Source: the human T2T-CHM13v2.0 reference genome, Homo sapiens. Taken from it: a DNA stretch of 64,000 bases. The notes beneath the pieces are model-generated. The model had not been told where the DNA came from. It saw nothing but the letters and a program-made list of their open reading frames with translations, and ran no database searches. This document shows positions 53,909-64,000 of the stretch, one piece after another. The position numbers and the translations under genes are program-made. Positions within the stretch are counted from its first letter, which is position 1. Each line of letters opens with the position of its first letter. The stretch lies in the NCBI RefSeq assembly GCF_009914755.1, contig NC_060947.1; one strand, 5' to 3'.

Positions 53909-55777
53909 CTAGCTTCAGGTGGGGTAATCATTAACCAGCTTTATTTGTATCACGTCTCAGATGAAACGTCAGTATGATTGTAAATTTGAGCAAGCTATGT
54001 TAGATGGGAACATGGACCATCACTGTATACTTGTATAAGCAAAATTTACCTCATGGTGTGAATAAATGTATCTGTAAGAAAGTTTCTGACCATTGTATAA
54101 AGAGGTCAGCACACTAGTGATACATGGTGCATGTAAAAAATAGCATCTATTGAGGGGTCAATAAGCAGATGAGTGATGAAGCAAATGCAGTCCCCACAAA
54201 CTCGCATTATCCCACTGCTGACTGTAGGCAGCATTCCAGTAGAGAGAGCACACCCTTCCCCTCCCTGTCATCCTCTGCATACTATAGTTCTAGGGTCAGG
54301 AGGCTACAGAATATTGATGCCAGTATGTAACATAGTGAACGCTTCCTGGTTGGAAGAATGGCCTTGTTAGAAAGGGGAAGTCTTCAGATCCAGTAGTTGG
54401 TATCAGCCCATCTGTTACTTGAGCTAACTCAGACATACTGAGCCAGATTTTCCCCAAGCTCCCAAAAGTAGGGAGGAAATCAGCTCCCAGAGCCATCCGA
54501 ATGGGTGTTGCATCACTAGTTTTTGATACATTTAGCACAGAGACCAAGTTCCCCAAAATTGCTAAATATCTGGATTGTTCCAATAAGTTTCCACCACCAA
54601 ATAGGAAATAAGAGCTATTCCCCAACTTGGAAACTCATCACTCAAGATTTCCCACAGGACGTTGCCCAAATGACAGCTTGTCCAAGTCCTCCCTTCCATT
54701 TGCAGCGGGAAGCAACTTCTCATCCTCTAGTATCCAGCTAGAGGTTCTTCCAGCTCCAACGTTCCGATTGGATGTCACCAGTGATGGCTTCTGAGACTCA
54801 CCCCAGCTCCTTGGTGGCCTCTCCTGGCAATATATTAAAATTTCAAACCATTTTAGTCTTGGTTATGATAAAATTATTGCTAAGCCACACCCTTTGATCT
54901 GCTATCATGAATCTGCTGTTTCTTTGATTTGGGCACTGAGATTTTACAAAATAACTTTCTATTTGTTTAATGCATTTCATGTATTTGTTAACTGATTTAC
55001 TCTTCTATAGGGAAGCAATGTGTTAAACTGGAAATATGCATAAGGGGTTCTTTATCAAGATTGTCATGCTCTAAAATATATTTAAGACAAAAGCCCTATC
55101 ACAGATCGCAGTGGCCTTCCAAAAATAGCACAGACTTGGGTTTTTTCTTCTCACAAGAATTCCTTTTATGATAAGCTTAACATTTCTTCAAAGAAAATGT
55201 TACAATACCAGAAACTTCCCAGTTGACATTTACTTAGTTTTTACAAGAAGAATATTTAAAATTTACACAAGGCTTACATCTGAACATCTTCAAGTTTTGT
55301 AGGTATAAACCTCAAAGGGTGACTCTAAAAACAAAACTTAAAGCCACTGCATTTTCACATGTAAATAGGAGCGTGTCCATATGACTGGTTCTAAGTCAAT
55401 ATGCTCACATCCTTGGAGCTTCACAGGGCTCTCACCCCAGGTGGCCACCTGCTTTTCAAGGGAAGCATATTCAGCAAGCATGCGATTCATCAATGAGAAG
55501 GGACTCATGTTAGCAATCAATTATTTACACCCTTGTCCCATAAAACTTACCTATAGACTCCCTCAGGAATTTTGCATGAGTGGTTTAAAACAGGCTGTGC
55601 CATACACTCATTCTCAACCTTTTTCATTTTAAGGATCATTTTACAACGTAAAAATATTGAACAACCTCTCCCTTAATAGTGATTCTTCTCTTCACAATTG
55701 TCTTGTAGGAGAAAAAGCTCCAAAAGACCAAAAACTCCTATGTCCTCGGTAACACAGATAACTGGTTTTGAAAATTT

Positions 55778-55780
<3 letters not shown>

Positions 55781-55822
<42 letters not shown>
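55781..55822. repeat. (CA)n microsatellite
   Basis: Directly visible. Confidence 0.95.
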
Positions 55823-55824
<2 letters not shown>

Positions 55825-57509
55825 AACTGTAAAGGATAAAATAAAAATTGCCCACATTTACGCATTCAGAACAAAGCACTGATAATATCTTGGCATATTT
55901 GCTTCCGGGATTTTCTTCTCTCTCTGTGTCTCTCTCTCTTCTTTTTCTTTCTTTCTTTCCTCTCTCATCTTTCCTTCTCTTTTTTTTTTTACAGAAAAAT
56001 TAGTCTTATCAGCATAGTGCATGCTTATGTGAGGAATTCAAATAGTTTAGAAAAGTACAAATTTAAGAAAGCTGACAATCACCCACAAAATACCATCCAG
56101 AAGCGACTATCACTGACATTAAGAGAGATCAAGACAATTGCGTAGGCTTATGCAACAAGATAAGTAGATAAACATACAGATACAGATAGGAAGACTTTTA
56201 AGAAAATGCTATATCTTAATTAAAATGGGGATAAAATAGCTAAATCTTATTCATTTAAAATGTTACTTTTAATTGTACTTTAATATCACAGAAAAAAGAA
56301 ATTAAAGTGAAACAGAAGAATTCATAATCAATATTTCTTCACCACGAGGTATTATTTTCTAAAAGATTCTTCTAAAAAATTATTAAGTGGTTGGAGTTGG
56401 AATTCTTTAACTGCCTGTTCCAGTTTTAGACAGTCCTGACTCCCTGCTATGAGCAGTGAGGACGTTAATACTTTCACACTACCTCACACCTCTCTTTCCT
56501 CCTTTTTCCAGTGTTTGATGGTTGTATTCTACTCTTCACATTGGCCATTTAGTTGGCCTTCACATTCTTACCTGTAGTGACTGGATAGGTGAGAAGTCTT
56601 GCAAATGACCCTTCCTGAACTCCTCCTAAGGCCTTCCTGATGTTCTTGGTGGTCCTGCCCCCAGGCCTCCACTTCCCACTTTCTCCAGTGTGTCACTGCA
56701 GCCCCCAGTACCAGTCACCCCAGCATTACTTTACTAGCCCTTCATGTGCTGGTGGTAGACTGAGACAGTTTCCTTAAGATGAGAGGAACTTATTTCCCTT
56801 ACATTTTCTCCCTGTATCATTTGTTTCTAAACCAACTAGGTAAAGCATCCCTCTAGATTTCTGGAGACCCTTTAGGCAAGCCACAGCCTCTTTCTCTTCT
56901 GTCATCTTTCATAACTCACAGCTGTGGGGTTTGTCTCTTTAAATAAAAATAGGATCATAAGAGAAGGAAACATGGCTTAGGAAAAGAATGTGGAATATTT
57001 CAGAGGGTAAAAGTAAGCAGTTCACCTAATAAAGAAAATTCCTGATGAAGTATAAAGCCCTTCATCGGGAAATTATAGGTAAGTGCTAGTTAACAGGAAA
57101 ATATGTAAATTTCTAATGCAGCAGAGGGTAGTGGAAAGATGGTGGGAAGATCAGTGACAATACTTTTAAACTTCATATTTTATATTTACATGTAGCAAAA
57201 ACTAAAGCAAGACATCCTTCTATCCTGCCCCATGCTTCCCTGCACATATGATCCTGGGCTGAATAAAATTGAGCTCCTAACCTAGTGTCTTTTTTGTGAT
57301 GATTGGCTTATTAAAATGTATGTTTAAGAAATATCTGTCCTCAAAAATATTTGGCCATCACCGTTTCTTCAAGGTACTCACTTTTTAGGTCAAGGAAGAA
57401 TGATCCAGAGATACCTTGAATCACAGTAAGCCCAGACTTGTTTTCCATCTCACTGAGAATAGCCCATTTTTGGACTGCCCCTGACACTCCGTCAGAACAA
57501 TGTCCTTGG

Positions 57510-58057
57510 TGTAGTTGGCTGCCTTCTAAGATGCCATCAATAATTCCTGCTTCCTGGTAGTCACACCCTTGGGCAATCCCCTCCCTTCAAGTGTGGGTGG
57601 ACCTAGTGATTTACTTCTAACCCATAAAATATGGCAAAGGTGAAGGGATGTCACTGTCATGATTAGTTTGCAAATAATCGTGACTTGTGTCTTGCTAGCA
57701 GCCTCTATCTATTGACTTCTCAGCTTGCATGTTTTAATGAAGCAAGCAGCTTTGTGGGAGAGGTCCACATGACACAGAACTAAGAGCAGCCTCAGCCAAC
57801 AGCCAGCAGGGAATGAAATGCTGCCAACAACCACAGAATGAGCTTTAGATGTGTTCTTCCCCTGTCAAACATTCAGATGAGATGGCAGATCCTGGGCAGC
57901 CTCATGAAAGACCACGAAGCAGAGAGCCCATTTAAGCCATGTATAGACTTCTGATCCATAGAAACTGTGAGATAATAAATGTGTGTTGTTTAGAGCCACT
58001 AAGATGTGGGGTAATTTGTTACACAGCAAGCAATAACTTGAATAGATAACTAATACA
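57510..58057 (+). mobile_element. MLT1G-type MaLR solo LTR
   Basis: tgtagttggctgcc...gtcacacccttgggcaatcccctccc...agaaactgtgagataataaatgtgtgttgttt...aactaataca. Confidence 0.8.
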
Positions 58058-58249
58058 CTGTGCTGGCTTTACTGATTTTGAGAATTGCCGAGTAGTTCAC
58101 CAAACAAGGTTCAATGACTTCATCTACCTGTCGGGATTTTAGAGGTAATGCTGCATAAGCTATATAGACTCCACCTAAGAGGTCAAGAGCCTTCTTATTT
58201 CTCAAAGCTCCCTGGATTGGGAGATGGGGAAAGTCTTCCAGTTGAGGGA

Positions 58250-58795
58250 AGTCTTCCAGTTACTATTGCTGTGTGACAGATTATTTCAAAACTTCACATC
58301 TCAATACAGTCACTTAATTGTGGATTCTGTGGAACAGGCATGCTAGAAGTACACAGCTGGAATTGCTTGTCTCTGTTACACAATGCCTGGGGCCTCAGGT
58401 GAGAAAACTCTGTGGCTGGTGGTAACTTGATGGCTGGAAACTGGAGGCATCTGGAGGCTTCTTGCCGACATGTCCAGAGCTTAGTGTTTATTGCCTGTCC
58501 GCTGGGACCTTAGTTGAAGTTGCCAAGTGGAGTACTTCAGGTGGCCTCTCCATGTGGTGGGCCTCTTCACAGCATGGCCATCTCAAGGTAGCCATACGTT
58601 TTATAATGTCAGCCCACGGCTCCAAAAGCAAGTGTCTCAACAGCAGGGCAGAAGCTGCTTCACAGCTTCTGACCTAGCCTCAGAAGTCACTCAGTGTCAC
58701 TTTCACTGCTTTCAATTGTTTATAAGTGAGTCACAAGCCTGTGGGATATAAGTTATTGTGAAGCCATCTTTGGAAAATTAAACCTGTCAAAGGAA
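58250..58795 (-). mobile_element. MLT1H-type MaLR solo LTR
   Basis: ccagttactattgctgtgtgacagattatttcaaaactt...gcctcttcacagcatggcc...gacctagcctcagaagtcac...gccatctttggaaa. Confidence 0.75.
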
Positions 58796-58851
58796 GTAAG
58801 AATGTCTCATAAAAGAAGGCAAAACCAAGGAATCCTTACCTCTGTCAACAA

Positions 58852-58996
58852 CGTGAGAGACCATGAAGCAGAGGACAGTTAAGCCAGGCCAAGATTTCCA
58901 ACTCACAGAAACTGTGAGATAATCAATTAGTGTTGTTTTAAGTCACTAAGATGTGGAGTAATTTATTTGCAGTGAGCAATAACTAATGCTAATACT
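58852..58996 (+). mobile_element. MLT1G-type LTR 3' fragment
   Basis: gagaccatgaagcagaggac...cagaaactgtgagataat...gtcactaagatgtggagtaattt...ctaatac. Confidence 0.7.
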
Positions 58997-59989
58997 TGGA
59001 TTCGTGTGCACTAATACATGCCACCTTTAGGCAGTTCACCTTCATGGAGAATCACTGAGCCAAGACAAAGCATATGAAAATGTCAAGAGTAGTTATGAGG
59101 CGTTTACAAAAAGAAAGTGAAGTTAATGTGGATCAGATTTTCAATTCAATCGACTGTGACAAACCACCACCATTTAAAATTAAGGCTCTAGCTCAGTAAT
59201 TTATATCCTGTTTCTTTTTACTCCAGACTCTTCTTACTATATTCTCAGTACAGTCCTTTTGGTTATTTCTGGCATATCTTCCTGAATTCAGTGTAAAATT
59301 CTCTGCAGATAAATGCCCACTTAAGGGCAATTAGCTTTAGATAGTAACATTTGGATGTTCTTGTTGCTTTAAGTTCTTGAAGTGATTGCCAAAAAAATAT
59401 TTTGGTATATTTTTCTATTTTTTGGATTTAAGTTTTCAGTGCGCCTTTTGTCTTCAAACAATTCAGTTCTAATACGTGTTCTTATAACATTTATTTCAAA
59501 TTCCCATCTTTCAAATGAGGAAAATAATACATCTCTTGACCATGTCAAGGGTATTAAAGATGATGCTTAAGGTACCATGCAACTGAAAAGTGCTATTAAA
59601 TTCATTTTTATCAAGTTTGCTCTTGTGAGCCATTATCACATCACACTTTTACACAGGCTCTGGATTATCTGCTGCCACCCAAAGAACAGGAAGTTCAGGC
59701 TTATTTTGTGAATTTGTGAATCATTTGGTGCTCTTATCAACCAGAGTCTTTGGCTGCAAGCAACAGACACTCTGGCTCACCTAATGTGCAAGGAATGATT
59801 AAATGGCATCAGGTGGCTCATAAAATCCCCAGCAGAGCCAGAAAATGAGGCAAGGGAAGATAAGCAGCCAGAAAAAATGCCCCCAAATCACACCCCAGCA
59901 CTGGAACCACATAGCCTCCATTAGTGCTGCCACTGGGCATCAACACACTGCACCACTAGCTGCTGGACACAACCATGAAGACCACCACA

Positions 59990-61008
59990 CTTCTTAAAAA
60001 GAAATGGCTCATTCTAGGGATGGAGCAAGGAAAGATCGAGGTGGGCCTGGAGCATCCTGTGATGTAGAAAGCAAGGAAGTGCTCAAAGAACAATGGGGAT
60101 ACCTCAAAAGGACACAGGGTCTGCTGGAAGGGCTTCCTGCTGGTCAAATTTAGGACAATTTTTGGATCATAATGACTAATGGTAGTAATAGATTATAGCA
60201 AAAGGAAATCAATAAGTCCACAGTAATACTATATAAAAATGGGAAGAGAGAAAGCCCTTCTTTACAAGAGAATGTCAACTTAGACATATAGAACGAATGA
60301 CAGAATTTGAAAATCCTCTTTTTCACATCTAACAATACAATCATTGATTCAGGTAAAAATCCTCAATGATTACACCAATGAGTAAGAGGTTGTTGGGGAA
60401 CAAGGCATTCACACAATCTCAAAGTATCACCTCCACAGATTACTTATTAATTACAAAGGAGAAAAGATATCCTTACACTGGAGGGATCTGGTGGACCTCA
60501 CCTTCAGCAAGTGATCAAACTTAGCACCTCCAGTAATGGGACAAACTGATAGCATGTGCCTCCTGATATTATGCAATGGAAAGAACACAGCATCACTTAG
60601 GTAGTATGCATGCACCAAAACTATTTAACCTAAATGTAATAGTGAAAGAATAATTAGACAAATCTGAAATGTCAGTGATCATGAAAAACAAATAAAGCCA
60701 GAGAGACTGTTCTAGATTAAAAGAGCCCCAAAAACCCATGACAATCACATGCAATTTGTGATCCTAGGTTTCATCCTAAAATTTAAAAAAGAATTAAATG
60801 ATGTTTTGCTGAAAATTGGGGAAATTTGAATAGGAAATGTATGTTTGATAATATTGTAGCAACATTAAATTTATTGGATTTGGCAATGGTCTTATGCATA
60901 TGTAGGAGAATGTGTGTTTTTAACAGATGCATGCTGAGGCATTTAGCTATAATATGCCATGATGTTTTCTGCAGAAACAAAACAAAACGTGTGTGTGTGT
61001 GTGTGTGT

Positions 61009-61065
<57 letters not shown>

Positions 61066-61200
61066 GTGGTTTGGGGAGGAGAGGGGCAAACATTAAGCAA
61101 ATGTAGCAAGATGTTAAACAATTTGTGAATATAGTTATAATATATATGGCAATTTAACAGTGCCTCACATATTCTGTGTTATTTTTATTTTTATTAAATA
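59990..61200 (+). mobile_element. L1MC-type 3'UTR fragment containing (TG)n(GA)n at 60989-61064
   Basis: caaagtatcacctccacagattacttattaattacaaagg...caagtgatcaaacttagcacc...gactgttctagattaaaaga. Confidence 0.65.
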
Positions 61201-61509
61201 AAATTGCAGAGAGGAAAGAATTATTCCTAGGTGAGCAGAAATCAGTAACTGTTTTCCTCCTTCCTCTCAGGAAGTATTTGACAAGTGTCGGCAAGGACTG
61301 AATATTACGCTTGCGGTATGCAGAGAGACATTGTGGGGATAAAAAGAAGTCAGAGAAGCTTCTAATAGCTGTGTGGTCTGTGTGGGCTGGCATGACTGAC
61401 TGGTATCAAGATGGGCCCCCAAAATATAGCCAGTTTTCCCTACCAGTTTTCTCCAAGGGGCCTTTTGGTGAGTTCCAGGGTAATGAGGGAGGCTGGGGAT
61501 AGAGAAAAC

Positions 61510-62480
<971 letters not shown>

Positions 62481-62719
62481 ATCCCTGATGATTCTGCCAT
62501 GGGCCAGAATAAGGCTGAAGCTGGCTGAGTGATACATGTGGGTCATCATTCTTCTTGCCTGAAAAATAAAAGTAGAGTTCCTGAGACGAGACTCGTGGGT
62601 AGCATGATGAGATATGTGCTCCCAGAGCCGCCTGCAAAGAGCAGACTCCCTACCTGGCACCATTAGGTAGCTTTCTGTTGTTACTATCTGGAAAGAATTG
62701 GGAGGAAAGTGATGAATGT

Positions 62720-62945
62720 CTTACCCATATAGAAGAGCCCTCTACATTCTGAAATATTTACAAATGAAGTGAGGTTTACTTCAAAACTTAATGGGAGGGA
62801 GGTCTAAATGGGGACATAGATGAAACAAGATAGGCCATGAATTGGTAATGATGAAGCAGAGTGTTGGGTGTGCAGGGAATCATTACACTCTTCTATTTGG
62901 TACATGTTTTACATTTTTCCATAATAAAAATATGTTTTAAAGAAT
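62720..62945 (+). mobile_element. L1M 3' end fragment
   Basis: tgaaatatttacaaatgaa...gatgaaacaagataggccatga...attttccataataaaaa. Confidence 0.6.
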
Positions 62946-64000
62946 GGGAAAAAGCAAAGAATTGATATGGCTACCTGTTTTCAACCATGGGGATGATATG
63001 TATCTTTTAAACACTGACCTGGGAAGAAGGCAAATGAGAAGGGACAGTTCCCTTCTTCCCTTTTCCACGTGCAGAAACATAACCCACAGGAGGATGATTG
63101 GAGAGCAATGGAAAGATATCCGCTGGTTCTAGATGAGAATGTATGGGTTGCACTGTGGATGAGATTGGTTTCTAATTGATTTAGAAATTGATTCCAGGGT
63201 CAGTGGTTTTAGAGGATGCACCAGAAATAACTTGCATAGTGAAGCTTTGTGTAATAATCACTCTTTTGACATTTTCTCCTTTCCAGTTTTTATTTTTAAG
63301 TGTATATAAAATTTCTCAGCCATAAACCTAATGTTTTTTTTCTTCTTGCATCTGGTGCTCATGGTACTTAAAAGGCCAATTTTCTATTTTTAGCTTTTGT
63401 GGGTTTGAGCAATACTTCCAAGTTCAAAGGATAAAGATTGCTCATTAACATTTTTTTAGAGGATGAGGTAATTTCACAAACCAGGCTATGAAGATCAGCG
63501 AAGTATGGAATCTGATGAAACTGAATATCAACTCTAGTAAGGGGGAGCAATTCAACAGAATTATACACAATTGTGGTGACATTGATATGATATATTTTAT
63601 TAACCTCTTATGAACTGCATGAACTATTGGAGCATGTATATAACATATGGACCATGCCTTAATAAGCACAATGTTGGAGGCATTAGCCAAAAGCAAAATA
63701 ATGGAGATTTCCCCACTTGTATTTGTGAAACCAAGAGATGCATTAAGCTTAGTGGCTGTATTAAAACAGTCTTCTATTTATTCATGCCCTCATCCATTTG
63801 ATAAATGTTCATGAAGTCTCCATTAGTGGGCCAGCCGCTGTATTTTTCAAATTAATGTCCAATTTGCAAATGTCTCTGATACCCTTCCTTGGACCCTAAA
63901 AATATTAGTAAGGGGAGTAAAATTTCACCCATAAAAAAAACAATGTTAAGATTCAACTTAGAAGTGAAGCAATCTACTACATTTGCTGCCTGCTGTCCCA

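Noticed and set aside
53619-53977. K/E/R/G- and F/L/P/S-rich ORFs
   Set aside because: Translations of the (GGAA)n microsatellite.

Overview
Human (primate) genomic DNA, recognisable as Xp22.12. The left half (1-~34015, + strand) is the 3' end of CNKSR2. It holds a long intron, an alternative terminal exon (~20853-22050) that yields the truncated, PDZ-ligand-less isoform, the penultimate coding exon (28152-28348) and the last exon (CDS 31627-31842, ending ...IETHV) with a ~2.2 kb 3'UTR. Abutting it tail-to-tail is the intronless, CpG-island-embedded KLHL34 gene (- strand, CDS 35176-37110, 644 aa BTB-BACK-Kelch). The right ~25 kb is repeat-rich intergenic DNA (L1, L2, MIR, MaLR/ERVL LTRs, MER5, Alu, microsatellites). 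The most interesting observations are: (1) a ~900 bp non-transposon inverted duplication in the CNKSR2 intron whose transition mismatches are all G-U-compatible on the transcribed strand; (2) a second acceptor 38 nt upstream of the alternative terminal exon that opens a 12+55-codon frame broken only by the TAG that serves as the downstream acceptor; (3) head-on poly(A) signals of CNKSR2 and KLHL34 only 34 nt apart; (4) a KLHL34 upstream ORF whose stop overlaps the main start (ATGA); (5) an old L1 carrying an apparent ~380 bp 3' transduction inside a 21-bp TSD. Repeat boundaries and subfamilies are approximate because they were called by eye. No database search or folding computation was run.
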